This document shows positions 19,298-28,807 of a stretch of DNA of 64,000 nt, piece by piece; position 1 is the first letter of the stretch; every line of letters starts with the position of its first letter. The DNA lies in assembly GCA_965248435.1 (NCBI GenBank), contig OZ252100.1:800001-864000 (forward strand). The letters are read 5' to 3'. The stretch comes from Candidatus Latescibacterota bacterium (GTDB lineage Bacteria > Latescibacterota > UBA2968 > GCA-2709665). The position numbers and the translations under genes are program-made. The notes beneath the pieces were generated by a model that was not told the origin of the DNA, did not search any database, and worked only from the letters and a program-made list of their open reading frames with translations.

Positions 19298-19356
19298 AAT
19301 ATAGCGACGCCTATGCCTGATTGCAACAGCCTGCGGGCAGGACTCCAGGTGCCCGG
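19298..19356 (-). promoter_or_regulatory. 59-bp direct repeat copy 2 containing a sigma70-like promoter
   Basis: Minus strand TTGCAA-TCAGGCATAGGCGTCGC-TATATT pointing into DUF3644/hsdM; homologous to 9250-9308. Confidence 0.7.
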
Positions 19357-19396
19357 ACGGCACTTCCCTGCCCGGAAGTCGTGCTTCGCACTCCAG

Positions 19397-19759
19397 TCAC
19401 TTCGCGAGAGGCACGATCCTGGACTTGCGAATGCGCTGGTCGCGAGTCACCAAGGGCACGGCGTGCACGACACTCGTTGCCGCGATCAACTCGTCTGCCG
19501 GATCCCCCTGAAAGTCCAGGCGGGTGGAAATCCGAGCGACCTCGAAATCAAGCGGCCACACGTGAATACTTGCCAGCGCGTTCTGGATCTCCGCGTCATC
19601 CAGATCGATCTCAACTCTCTGGAGCTGTGCGAGCTTAGCCAGCTCCCAAAGCACAATGGCCGCCACGCCCCACGCGTTTTCTGACAGGAGGTCACGCTCA
19701 CGACGACGCAGATCGCCCTGCAGGGCGTGGATCAGAACGTGAGTGTCAAGATTGAGCAT
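19397..19759 (-). CDS. vapC: VapC PIN-domain toxin
   Basis: MLNLDTHVLI, VLWELAKL, GDPADELIAAT, LVTRD. Confidence 0.92.
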   Translation of the reverse strand: MLNLDTHVLIHALQGDLRRRERDLLSENAWGVAAIVLWELAKLAQLQRVEIDLDDAEIQNALASIHVWPLDFEVARISTRLDFQGDPADELIAATSVVHAVPLVTRDQRIRKSRIVPLAK

Positions 19760-19994
19760 CTGCCCCTCGGCTCCGCCTGGCAGGGGCATCCCACGAGACC
19801 CCCGTAGACAAGATGTCACCCCGGATCTCGATCTTGTCTCGAAGCGACCCGATCAGGTTTTCCGGACGCTGCGGGTAGGGAATGATGCGTGCCACAGGCT
19901 TGCCTCGTTTTGTGATGATGAGTCCCTCAGGCGTGAGGCGGTCGATAAGCGCCAGGCATTGCTCTTTAAACTTCGCTGCGCCAATTTTCTCCAC
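19746..19994 (-). CDS. Phd/YefM-family antitoxin
   Basis: IGAAKFKEQCLALID...IITKRGKPVARI; overlaps the vapC start. Confidence 0.9.
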   Translation of the reverse strand: MEKIGAAKFKEQCLALIDRLTPEGLIITKRGKPVARIIPYPQRPENLIGSLRDKIEIRGDILSTGVSWDAPARRSRGADAQS

Positions 19995-20015
19995 GGTTCC
20001 TCCTTTCGCAGAACA

Positions 20016-20054
20016 TGGTCATATAATATGACCAGTCATATAATATAGTCATAT
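20016..20054. promoter_or_regulatory. Antitoxin operator repeats of the phd-vapC promoter
   Basis: Palindrome TGGTCATATAATATGACCA and a direct repeat GTCATATAATAT immediately upstream of the antitoxin. Confidence 0.7.
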
Positions 20055-20106
20055 TGTAGTTGCTGTCAAGGGCAACCGTCTTCCTTTCCTGGCGGCCGTA
20101 AACGGA

Positions 20107-20138
20107 AAAAGGTCGCGAGTTCAGACTCGCGACCTTTT
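20107..20138. terminator. GGTCGCGA-family hairpin (copy 4)
   Basis: AAAAGGTCGCGAGT-TCAG-ACTCGCGACCTTTT, perfect 14-bp stem downstream of higA. Confidence 0.8.
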
Positions 20139-20201
20139 CATTGTTAAAGCTTCTTGAAAAAGAGAGGAAGGGGGAGCCCTGCCGAAGGGCATCACATTCA
20201 A

Positions 20202-20489
20202 CTAAGCCGCGTGAAGCTTCTTTACGTACAATTTGCCAAGATTCTGCTCTGCTATCCACAGATCATATTGGGTCTGCTGGTTCAGCCAACTCTCTGCTGA
20301 TGTGTCGAACGCTTTTGACAATCGAATAGCCATCTCCGGGCTGATCCCAGCGCGGCCATTTAGAATCGCGGACAAGGTCTTACGGCTCACACCAAGGCTC
20401 TCAGCGGCCTCGGTGATCGTAATCTGCAAGGGTTCAATGCAAAGCTCTCGCAGAACCTCTCCAGGATGCGGTGGATTATGCATCTTCAT
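20202..20489 (-). CDS. higA: HigA antitoxin (Xre HTH)
   Basis: [15 protein letters not shown]...[26 protein letters not shown]...WLNQQTQYD. Confidence 0.93.
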   Translation of the reverse strand: MKMHNPPHPGEVLRELCIEPLQITITEAAESLGVSRKTLSAILNGRAGISPEMAIRLSKAFDTSAESWLNQQTQYDLWIAEQNLGKLYVKKLHAA

Positions 20490-20767
20490 CAGTGGTAGTC
20501 CTCCAGATCTACGTCGTACACATCCGGACCGCGGACCCTGAAGGTGATCCTCCAGTTTCCTGAAACTCGAACAGCCCACGCTCCCTTTCGTTTTCCTCGG
20601 AGCTGGTAGAGGTAAAGACCTGGCAGATTCATGTCTCGTGGACTTGCCGAAGCATTCAGCCGACCTAGAACAATCCGGATACGAGCAGATTGCTGGACCA
20701 GAATCCCACGGCTAGATCCTGTCGTGAAGAAACGCTCTAAGCCCTTATGTTTGAAACCCTGAATCAC
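20489..20767 (-). CDS. higB: HigB (RelE-like) toxin
   Basis: [13 protein letters not shown]...[21 protein letters not shown]...DLEDYH; toxin-first order. Confidence 0.93.
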   Translation of the reverse strand: MIQGFKHKGLERFFTTGSSRGILVQQSARIRIVLGRLNASASPRDMNLPGLYLYQLRGKRKGAWAVRVSGNWRITFRVRGPDVYDVDLEDYH

Positions 20768-20776
20768 AAATTGGAA

Positions 20777-20809
20777 TGTAACCTATTACGTTACGGTTAT
20801 CAAGTTACA
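20777..20809. promoter_or_regulatory. Probable HigA operator
   Basis: TGTAACCTATTACGTTAC...GTTACA inverted GTAAC/GTTAC repeats just upstream of higB. Confidence 0.55.
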
Positions 20810-20978
20810 AGCAAGACGCAGCTTCCGCAGCCGCCCGCAGGGCTGGGTGTGGGTTCAACCCAATATTCCACGCGTATGGAATATTGGCCGAAATCGATAA
20901 AACGCGCCGGACTGGTAGAGAATCGCCTTGCCGAGCACTGCGGTTCGCAAGCCGCGTACCCATCTTGTCACCCAAAAT

Positions 20979-21009
20979 AAAAAGGTCGCGAGTTCATTCT
21001 CGCGGCCTT
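20979..21009. terminator. GGTCGCGA-family hairpin (copy 5)
   Basis: AAAAAGGTCGCGAG-TTCATT-CTCGCGGCCTT downstream of the PAP2 stop. Confidence 0.75.
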
Positions 21010-21042
21010 CTTCATTCGTTGGAGTAAGATATTTGCGGACTT

Positions 21043-21723
21043 CTAAAAAGCGAGCGAAACAGAAAGTCCCCTACCATAGGGTGTAACGCTCACCGGGGAA
21101 CGCCCGCTCAAATTCACCGATCGACCGATTACGTAGCCGATGGCCGCACCGGCGACCACATCCGAGAGGTAGTGGACGTTCTCTTCCATCCGACCCGCGG
21201 CCGTCAGCGCCCCGAGGGTATACAGAGGCGCGCCGATCTTCCAGCCGTAGTGGCGGCGGAACAGTTCCGCCAGAGCAAAGCTGTTCGCGGTATGACCGGA
21301 TGGAAACGATCGATAATTGCTCCCGTCCGGGCGCTCGCGGCCGACCAGCCGCTTGATCGGGTCGACGACCGCCTGCGTGTAGACGAGCGTTCTAAACGCA
21401 TCTCCTGAAATGGAGGCCAGTTCCCGATTGTTCGTCGCCTTACCTGCAGACCACGCCAGCAGCGAAGCGGAGAGGTTGAACATGCTCGAACCATAAAGAT
21501 TCGTGAGGTCCGTAACGTCGAGAATCCTGATCTTATCCAGCTTTCCTACGCAGTTATTGTCCCAGGTGTGGACCGTGCCTGCGATTCCGAGGCCCAGAGC
21601 CAGAATGTAGAAATTCTCTCCCCGCACCAACGATTTGGCATCCTGTTTCAGGAATCCATCTGAGGCCGATGTGTTCGGGGCTCCAGCAAGGACCAGGCAG
21701 ACGGCTGCGGCGAAACACTTCAT
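21043..21723 (-). CDS. PAP2-superfamily phosphatase (exported)
   Basis: KRLVGRERP, SFPSGH, GRMEENVHYLSDV; signal peptide from MKCFAAAV at 21723. Confidence 0.88.
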   Translation of the reverse strand: MKCFAAAVCLVLAGAPNTSASDGFLKQDAKSLVRGENFYILALGLGIAGTVHTWDNNCVGKLDKIRILDVTDLTNLYGSSMFNLSASLLAWSAGKATNNRELASISGDAFRTLVYTQAVVDPIKRLVGRERPDGSNYRSFPSGHTANSFALAELFRRHYGWKIGAPLYTLGALTAAGRMEENVHYLSDVVAGAAIGYVIGRSVNLSGRSPVSVTPYGRGLSVSLAF

Positions 21724-22232
21724 CACTGGGACGTCCCTCCTTGGTTCATTTTGTTCGCTTTCTAACTCCTGAGAGGCAGCGAGGTTCCCCAAAACATCGG
21801 AGTTTTGCACGTTATCGTCAACAGAAAGTATGTCGAAGCCCGGATTCTCTAGCATGTCGGTCGAAACCCCGGAAAACATAAGACCCACTACTAAAATCAG
21901 GTAATTGTGCTAAGCGCTGCTTAATTGTGCCCCCGGGGGCACAATCTGAAAGCGCAGACTTCGGGCCGTTTTCAGATATCCGACATGACCTGGTCATAAA
22001 ACTTGACGTGGTCGTCCTTTTCATCGCCCGCACGGAACTCCATGGCCGCCCGCGGATGGATGTTCATGTGCCCTGTGATGTTGTACGCAAGGAGCGGACC
22101 CCATCCTTTCCCTCCGCGAATGGGACAAACCTCCTGCAAAATCCGGGCCTGTAGAACCTCAATAAACAGCCATTTAGCGGAAAAAGTCAAACAATTCAAC
22201 GGGAGGTTGTCATCCGAGCTGTTTTGATACGC

Positions 22233-23171
22233 CTACGGACGGCTGGCTTCCCATCCATAGTCGATGTAGTTCCACTCGACACGATCGCCGTGGAGATCCA
22301 GCACGCAGAATCCCTCTTCGGTCCCGTGCCACGGTCCGCGCCACCATTTCGCGCAGACTGCGCCCCCGGTCACGAACGTCGTTTCCCGCCATCTCAAAAA
22401 CTCGCTGACGTGGAGATGGCCTTGCAGGACCAGAATCAGGTTGTGACCCCTGAAGAGATCCAGGACCTCTGTGTTGTTCACCAGGACTCGATTCTTCGGC
22501 GCCGGGATCGTCAGCCCCTCCGTCGCCGTAAAAAAACTCGTAAGAAGAGGCAGGTGCGTGGCGAGGACGATCGGCGTACCTCTCTGGACACGGGCAAGGT
22601 CCTGCTTCAACCACTCCAGCTGTTCAGGCGGGACTCTCCCGTTGAATTTCAGCTCGCCGCCGGTCACTACGATCGAGTCGAGCACGACGAAGTGGTACCC
22701 CACCGCGTCGAATGCGTAGTAGGTAGACTCCAGGCCGAGCCTCTCGCGATAGATTGCCCGAGGATCCGGACTGGGCGAGGTCCCGTCTTCAGGGATCGCA
22801 GCCACCAGGTCGTGGTTGCCGATCACCGGATAGCTCTCTCCTCGAATTCGTTTATGCATCACCATGTAGGCGTCCCATCTCGGCGCCACGGTCTTTGCCG
22901 AGGATTGGAACCCATCCGTGATCAGATCGCCGCCTGCGATGATCAAATCAGCACCCTGCTCGTTGATCGCGTTTGCGGCAAGCTCCATAGCTCGCGGCGT
23001 GTCCCATTCCGTGCGCGCGTGGATATCCGTGTAGAACACCAGGCGGACCGATCCTTTTTCTGATCCGGTGGCACCCCAGGCAAACCGAAGGGGACCGCTC
23101 GCCAGGACCGACAGCCCGCCGGCGCCCATCGTCTTCAGGAAATGCCGGCGGCTATTGAGAACACATTTCAT
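22233..23171 (-). CDS. Tat-exported calcineurin-like metallophosphoesterase (CpdA/Icc-like)
   Basis: SRRHFLK Tat motif; TDIH, GGD, GNHD, THLP, GHLH. Confidence 0.9.
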   Translation of the reverse strand: MKCVLNSRRHFLKTMGAGGLSVLASGPLRFAWGATGSEKGSVRLVFYTDIHARTEWDTPRAMELAANAINEQGADLIIAGGDLITDGFQSSAKTVAPRWDAYMVMHKRIRGESYPVIGNHDLVAAIPEDGTSPSPDPRAIYRERLGLESTYYAFDAVGYHFVVLDSIVVTGGELKFNGRVPPEQLEWLKQDLARVQRGTPIVLATHLPLLTSFFTATEGLTIPAPKNRVLVNNTEVLDLFRGHNLILVLQGHLHVSEFLRWRETTFVTGGAVCAKWWRGPWHGTEEGFCVLDLHGDRVEWNYIDYGWEASRP

Positions 23172-23241
23172 TGCAACCTAGATCCCAGAATCTAATTTTG
23201 TGATTCTTCGCCCCACCCCACAACCCCACGCCTCCGGCGGC

Positions 23242-23450
23242 CTACTTTTCTTGTCTCGCCACAAGAAAAGTAGGCAAAAGAAAGGCGCCGCTCAGGCGCC
23301 GCGGGGGCTGGGGCCGCGGCACCTTACCCTCAGTGGAAGAATCGAGTTCAACGACAGAGAAGAATTCCTCCCCCCTCCTTATGCCCGCTGCGGGACCCGC
23401 ACCCACTCCGTCCCGGCTTTGCCGGGACACCCCTCCCAGGAGGGGACTTT
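23242..23450. repeat. Intergenic cluster of REP-like palindromes
   Basis: CTACTTTTCTTG..CAAGAAAAGTAG-GCAAAAGAAAGG; GTCCCGGC..GCCGGGAC; CCCCTCCCAGGAGGGG. Confidence 0.6.
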
Positions 23451-23710
23451 GACGATCGCTATTCGGTTATTCAACAGAAATTATGGAGGTCCCCTCCTAC
23501 TTCACCCGCGAATTCCATTCGCCCCACCGTCCACCCCTCTGCCACCCCCGGTCCCGCAGAGGTCCCCAACCCCTTGGCGGGTCGAACACGGCTATCTGCA
23601 AGGAGTCGCACACCGCGGCCCCGATGGCATCGAGCGACCCTTTTCGCGAGTTCCAAGACCGTGCTCAAATCGGCGAGTCGCAAAATTTTCGCAGTGAAGG
23701 AACTTGCTCT

Positions 23711-24970
23711 TCACCCCTCGGATGCCTTCACACCGGTTCGCTCCCTTCCCGACATACGAAGGTCCACTACCGCCAGACCGAGTATGGCGAACAGGAGCCC
23801 GCCGACGACCTGCCACTCCCTGACGCCTGTCACCAGATCTCTGCTGACGGGGCTTTCGTATTTGGTGTCAGGCAGTTGATTCTGTTCCAGCGTGGCGAGT
23901 TGATCGGGCGTCAGGACGTAGCTTGAATGCCGCAAAGTGTTTTTGAAGTGTTTTTCCAGGATCTGATTTTCCCGGTAGGCCACGGTGAGGTGAGTCCTGT
24001 ACTTATCATGATCGTCTGCGTGCTTTTCGGAGTTTAGCAGGTAGGTGTCTCTTCTGAACAGATGGACTCTCGCTTCGTGCAGGAAGGGATCCGTGATGGG
24101 TGAATACTTCCTGAGAAACGGACGATATGCGGATTTATCCCGAGAGCGATCAAGGATGCCTGCTGCCTCCAGGCCCCGATCCGAATCGATTCGCCAGAGT
24201 TCCTCAGACGATAAGCGGGAGCGGAAGAGACCGGTTTCCGGGTCATCGTAGAGATAGCCGTACTCGAACATCATACTCTCCTGGTTCTTCAGATACGCAA
24301 GGAAAGGAAAGCGATCCGTATACCTGGCAATTCGAGCAGGCGTGTTGAGTAGCGAAATCAGGAGTAAAATCAGTGCGACTCCGGATGCCCGACAAAGCCA
24401 TCGGACGCTTGTCACACTAACGCCCTTCGATATCAAGCTGGGTCTAAGGCCTTTCGCGATGGCGACCAGGGTGAGCGTGCCCGCGAACCCATTCAGCCAG
24501 ATATCCCCCAGCCCCCAGTATCTCCCCGGTGTTGCCCACTGAATGAGTTCATCTATCGTCCCCGCGATAGTACAGAGGATCGCGGCGATGAAATAGATGC
24601 TCACGTCTCTGATGCGATGGCACAGGGCGCGATAGGCCAGAAACCCGAGGAGACCGTATTCGACAAAGTGCAAGGCCTCTTCGGGACTTCTGAGCGCCAT
24701 CGTATACTTGACAAAGATCCCGGATATGACCAACAGCCATACATAGCTGGCCAGCGACATTCTGGAGCGACGAAAATGGATAACTCCGGCTGCGCTCGCG
24801 AGAGCAACAATGCCGATGACGACATAGGCAAAGGTTTCGCGACCCCAATTCAGGTATACGAACTTCTGAATGGCGCGAGCGAAGGGGATGGTCAGGTAGA
24901 TGATGAGCGTCCAGAGACCGACGATCGTCCAGGACACCCATTCCTGTTCTCGGGGTGGATGATTCAGCAT
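23711..24970 (-). CDS. VanZ-family membrane protein with C-terminal soluble extension
   Basis: EEALHFVEYGLLG...GTIDELIQWATPGRYWGLGDIWLN. Confidence 0.78.
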   Translation of the reverse strand: MLNHPPREQEWVSWTIVGLWTLIIYLTIPFARAIQKFVYLNWGRETFAYVVIGIVALASAAGVIHFRRSRMSLASYVWLLVISGIFVKYTMALRSPEEALHFVEYGLLGFLAYRALCHRIRDVSIYFIAAILCTIAGTIDELIQWATPGRYWGLGDIWLNGFAGTLTLVAIAKGLRPSLISKGVSVTSVRWLCRASGVALILLLISLLNTPARIARYTDRFPFLAYLKNQESMMFEYGYLYDDPETGLFRSRLSSEELWRIDSDRGLEAAGILDRSRDKSAYRPFLRKYSPITDPFLHEARVHLFRRDTYLLNSEKHADDHDKYRTHLTVAYRENQILEKHFKNTLRHSSYVLTPDQLATLEQNQLPDTKYESPVSRDLVTGVREWQVVGGLLFAILGLAVVDLRMSGRERTGVKASEG

Positions 24971-24993
24971 AATACCCTCGTTCGTCGTTTATA

Positions 24994-25140
24994 CGACCCA
25001 CCCCGCCCCTTCAGGGCACCCCGGAAAGCGTTTGGTGCGATTGTTAGAGTGCCCTCCTTGGGGGGGGATTTAGGGGTGGGTCTGATGGGCAGAAACCCTA
25101 TTGTGACCCACCCCGACCCAGGAGGGGATTTCGGGGTGAG
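24994..25140. repeat. CCCCTCC/GGAGGGGA-type repetitive intergenic element
   Basis: GACCCACCCCG twice; CCCTCCTTGGGGGGGGATTTAGGGGTGGGTC; CCCAGGAGGGGATTTCGGGGTG. Confidence 0.6.
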
Positions 25141-25214
25141 TGCTTCGGCGAGATACATTTCCTTTTTCTCTCGGCAATCCCAAATCCGCAATCCGCAATT
25201 GAACCAGGCTCACG

Positions 25215-26252
25215 TTACTTGATTATCGCTTCTTTTTCCGCGTCAACCTCCATATCTGCCGAATAGTTCCCGTATCGCGCTGCCCCGTTCAGGCTTGCCC
25301 GATGGACTAGCGCCTTTTGTGCAGACTCCTTCTTTGCCGCGTCGCCCTGCCATGCCTGCAATACCGGCTCCTGCAAAGCGCGCCCATAGGAGAAACTTAA
25401 TTGCCAGGGTCCGCCGCCCAGAGCGTTCATGGCGCTCAGATGTTCTGTGGCTTCTATGGGCGATTGTCCTCCCGACAGAAAAACGATGCCAGGCACAGCG
25501 GCAGGAACAGATCGTCGAAAGCATCTCAGCGTTGCCTCGGCGACCTGCTGAACATCCGCTTGTTTATTACACGCTCTTCCTGGCAATACCATATTCGGCT
25601 TCAGCAGTGTCCCCTCCAGAACAATACGCTGCTCGTGCAGGTGTGCGTAGAGAGATTTCAGGGCACACTCAGTTGCTTCCTCGCATTCTTCAATGCCGTG
25701 CGGTCCATCCATCGTGACTTCAGGCTCGACGATGGGGACGAGCCCGGCCTCCTGCGACAGCGCCGCATTTCGGGCCAGTGCGCGTGCATTCGCATCGATG
25801 CAGAATCGCGTGGGAAGGCCGTCTCCAATCTGCAGGACGGCGCGCCATTTTGTGAACCCAGCACCGAGCTTTCGCCAATCATTGCAGCGGTCGCGCAGCC
25901 CGTCGAGACCTTCGGTGACCTTCTCGCCAGGGAACCCGGGGATGTCTGTGGTTCCCCGGTCTGACTTTATGCCGGGTATGATCCCCTTTTCTGAAAGAAG
26001 ATCAGGAAAGGGAACACCGTCTCGGGTCTTTTGACGAAGCGTCTCATCAAACAGGATGACTCCGCTGATGAATGACTCAATTTTTGGCGCCGTAAATAAT
26101 ATCTCTCGGTAAGATCTACGGTTCTCCTCCGTAGACTCGACACCGATGGAATCGAAACGCTTCACGATCGTGCTGACGCCTTCATCTGCCGCGAGAATTC
26201 CTTTCCCCTCCGCTACCAGCGCCTGCGCTGTCTCTTCCAGATGTTTCGACAT
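25215..26252 (-). CDS. Fructose-bisphosphate aldolase class I (eukaryote-like type)
   Basis: GKGILAADE, FTKWRAV, VPIVEPEV, LLKPNMV (Schiff-base Lys), FLSGGQS, SFSYGRALQ. Confidence 0.96.
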   Translation of the reverse strand: MSKHLEETAQALVAEGKGILAADEGVSTIVKRFDSIGVESTEENRRSYREILFTAPKIESFISGVILFDETLRQKTRDGVPFPDLLSEKGIIPGIKSDRGTTDIPGFPGEKVTEGLDGLRDRCNDWRKLGAGFTKWRAVLQIGDGLPTRFCIDANARALARNAALSQEAGLVPIVEPEVTMDGPHGIEECEEATECALKSLYAHLHEQRIVLEGTLLKPNMVLPGRACNKQADVQQVAEATLRCFRRSVPAAVPGIVFLSGGQSPIEATEHLSAMNALGGGPWQLSFSYGRALQEPVLQAWQGDAAKKESAQKALVHRASLNGAARYGNYSADMEVDAEKEAIIK

Positions 26253-26290
26253 AAGTCCCTCAATGGGTGAAATCCGTATCTCGTATCTCA

Positions 26291-26476
26291 GACCTAACCC
26301 CCCCGGCCCCCTCCCGCGTCAAGCGCGGGACATGCTTCCCTAAAGGGAAGGGGGGAGTAGCGAGGCTCACAGTGAACTATCGAGTTGATATCGCCGCGGT
26401 GATTGCTCTAACCTTCCCTCCCCCTTCAGGGGAGGCCTGTCCCGAGCCTGGTCGAGGAAGACCGAGGGAGGGGTCC
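26291..26476. repeat. Nested palindromic repeat element
   Basis: CCCCCT[CCCGCGTCAAGCGCGGGACATG]CTTCCCTAAAGGGAAGGGGG and CTCCCCCTTCAGGGGAG[GCCTGTCCCGAGCCTGGTCGAGGA]..GAGGGAGGGGTC. Confidence 0.6.
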
Positions 26477-26495
26477 ACGAACCACGGTATTTCCC

Positions 26496-27599
26496 CTACC
26501 CCAGCACGAGACTTCGAGCCACTTCCCCGCGTTCGAGCGCGGCATAGGCTTCGTTGATTTGCTCGAGCGGATAAGTACGGGTCAGGAGCTCATCGAGCTG
26601 GAGCTTACCCGCCTCGTGCATCTCGAGCAGATTCAAGATGTCGATCCTCGGGCGCGACGAGCCATACACCGAGCCCATGAGCGTCTTCTCGCTATACACC
26701 ATCTCGTTGGCGTTGATGCTCACCCGCACATCGGCAGGCGTCACCCCGATCACGACGGCCGTCCCCCCCCTACGGATGGCTGCATACGCCTGTTCGATGG
26801 TTTTGGCCAGACCGATGGCCTCGAAAGCATAATCCACCCCGCGACCCCCGGTAAGTTCCTTGATCACTTCGACCGGATCCTCTTTAGAGCCATCCACCAG
26901 GTGAGTGGCGCCCATCTGCCTGGCGTATTCGAGCTTTTGCGGCGCGATGTCTACTGCGATGATCTTGAGGGCACCCACGATGCGCGCTCCCTGCACCGCG
27001 TTCAAACCGATTCCGCCGCAGCCGAAAATGGCAACGCTGCTCCCGACTTTGACCTTGGCGCCGTTGGCCACGGCGCCCACACCGGTGATCACGCCACAGC
27101 CCAGCAGCGCAGCCTTATCCAGCGGAAAGTCCTGCGGGATCTTCAATACGGCTGCTTCCGGCATCGTAGACAACTCAGAAAAGCTCGAGACGCCGGCGAA
27201 GTGCCGAATCGGTTCCCCATTGAGCCGAAAACGTGTGGTGCCGTCCGGCATCAGCCCGGTGACGCGCACCTGTGTGCCGACGTCGCACAGCGCAGGGCGT
27301 CCACTGCTGCAGTAGTCGCAGATACCACAAGATACTCGCCAGATGAAGATCACGTGATCCCCCTGCTGAACAGAGGTAACGCCTTCTCCAACCTCTTCCA
27401 CGATGCCCGAACCCTCGTGACCCAGGATGATGGGCTTTGGCATCGGCAGATGTCCCTTCATCACGTGGAGATCGGAATGACACACGCCACCTGCGTATAT
27501 GCGGACCAGGACCTCACCGCGTTGGGGCGGGAGCACCTCGACCTGTTCGAGACGCAGCGGCGTCCCTGCTTCATACAGCACAGCTGCCATGGTTTGCAT
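26496..27599 (-). CDS. Zn-dependent alcohol dehydrogenase (MDR, class III-like)
   Basis: GVCHSD, LGHEG, CxxCxxC..C structural zinc site, GCGGIG. Confidence 0.94.
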   Translation of the reverse strand: MQTMAAVLYEAGTPLRLEQVEVLPPQRGEVLVRIYAGGVCHSDLHVMKGHLPMPKPIILGHEGSGIVEEVGEGVTSVQQGDHVIFIWRVSCGICDYCSSGRPALCDVGTQVRVTGLMPDGTTRFRLNGEPIRHFAGVSSFSELSTMPEAAVLKIPQDFPLDKAALLGCGVITGVGAVANGAKVKVGSSVAIFGCGGIGLNAVQGARIVGALKIIAVDIAPQKLEYARQMGATHLVDGSKEDPVEVIKELTGGRGVDYAFEAIGLAKTIEQAYAAIRRGGTAVVIGVTPADVRVSINANEMVYSEKTLMGSVYGSSRPRIDILNLLEMHEAGKLQLDELLTRTYPLEQINEAYAALERGEVARSLVLG

Positions 27600-27616
27600 C
27601 GTTCATGCCTCCCGTT

Positions 27617-28021
27617 TCAAACCGTTTGACTGATTTCGAACAAATGGCCATCAGGGTCCCGAAAAAAGCACCGGATCTCTGTATCCCAATCAACGGGCGG
27701 GGTTAAAAATTCAGCGCCTCTTCCCTTGAGAATTTTATAAGCCCCATAGCAGTCGGGGACTCGAATCGTTATAGCGTGGCTGACAGAGTTTGGATTCTCC
27801 GGCGCTTTGAACGTAACCTCGGGTTTGTCCCTGGTCGGGCCACCCCCGGTAACAATCAGCAGCCAGCTGCCCTGGAAACTGAAAACTGAAGAGGTCCCAC
27901 CATATTCGCGATATAGCTCCGCCCCGAGGATGTTTTGGTAAAACTGTTTGGATGCTTCGAGGTCACTCACGACCAGGATGTGAGTCATTTCCATGCCGTC
28001 GATCGGAAAGCTGCCCTCCAT
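27617..28021 (-). CDS. VOC/glyoxalase family protein
   Basis: THILVVSDLEASKQFY...FFRDPDGHLFEI. Confidence 0.9.
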   Translation of the reverse strand: MEGSFPIDGMEMTHILVVSDLEASKQFYQNILGAELYREYGGTSSVFSFQGSWLLIVTGGGPTRDKPEVTFKAPENPNSVSHAITIRVPDCYGAYKILKGRGAEFLTPPVDWDTEIRCFFRDPDGHLFEISQTV

Positions 28022-28238
28022 TCATCTTCTCCTCTCAAACATCATGAATCGGGCCAACGTAATACCTGGTCTAATTCCAGAGGTCGCAGTAATGGCTGAA
28101 TATGAGGAATATACTAAAAAAGCCTCCCTTTGGGGGAAGCTTGGATGCCGCTTGGCTTGGAAGCTCTCTGCCCAGCCAACCACAATCCTTAGGCCCCTCC
28201 TCGCGCATCTCACCTAGAGTTTGCCCATCGAGTTAGAG

Positions 28239-28592
28239 TTAGTCGACCCGCTCAAACTGTGCATAGATAACGCGCTTGATGTCCAACAGGTTGGTCACCT
28301 TTCCGAAAAGTTCGTCGATTCGCTGATCCGAATCGACCCTGGCCATCACCTCTTCGTGATGAGCGCTATCCTTGTATCGGCTGAGACCCATGAAAATCTT
28401 CTCATTCTTCTTTATCTCGAGTTCGTCTGCAAAGACTTTGCACCCGTGTCTCGAATCCAGGTCCACGGGTGCAAGGGTTTCGTCCTCTAACGCTCCGTGT
28501 TCTCGGTAAATCGTGCTCGCTTCCCGCTGCAGGGACAAAAAGGCGCCGATGTTCTGTTCCGGGACTCGAAAGAGGTAGACTAGCGTAAACAT
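28239..28592 (-). CDS. DUF1428-like small protein
   Basis: VPEQN..F...IYREHGAL...YKDSAHHEEVMARVDSD pattern. Confidence 0.6.
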   Translation of the reverse strand: MFTLVYLFRVPEQNIGAFLSLQREASTIYREHGALEDETLAPVDLDSRHGCKVFADELEIKKNEKIFMGLSRYKDSAHHEEVMARVDSDQRIDELFGKVTNLLDIKRVIYAQFERVD

Positions 28593-28742
28593 ATTCTATC
28601 CTTCCTCCAATCTGTCTTTCTGACATTCCGATTTCGCCAAATCCCAACATCTCGTCCATCGAATCGGCCTTCCATAATCTAAGTAAAGGCACCCCCTTAC
28701 GTGAACCCTTTTCGTCTGAGCGGACCCCAGCCAAGACAAAAA

Positions 28743-28774
28743 GAGAGGCCGTGAGTCCTGCTCACGACCTTTTC
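28743..28774. terminator. GGYCGTGA-family hairpin (copy 6)
   Basis: GAGAGGCCGTGAG-TCCTG-CTCACGACCTTTTC downstream of the 28808 stop. Confidence 0.7.
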
Positions 28775-28807
28775 GTTTGCGTTAGTCCGCTCTTCTTCGC
28801 TTTTAGC

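Noticed and set aside
21760-22199. Possible gene remnant (75-aa ORF and the N-terminal extension of the PAP2 ORF)
   Set aside because: No recognisable motif or RBS; cannot be assigned without a search.
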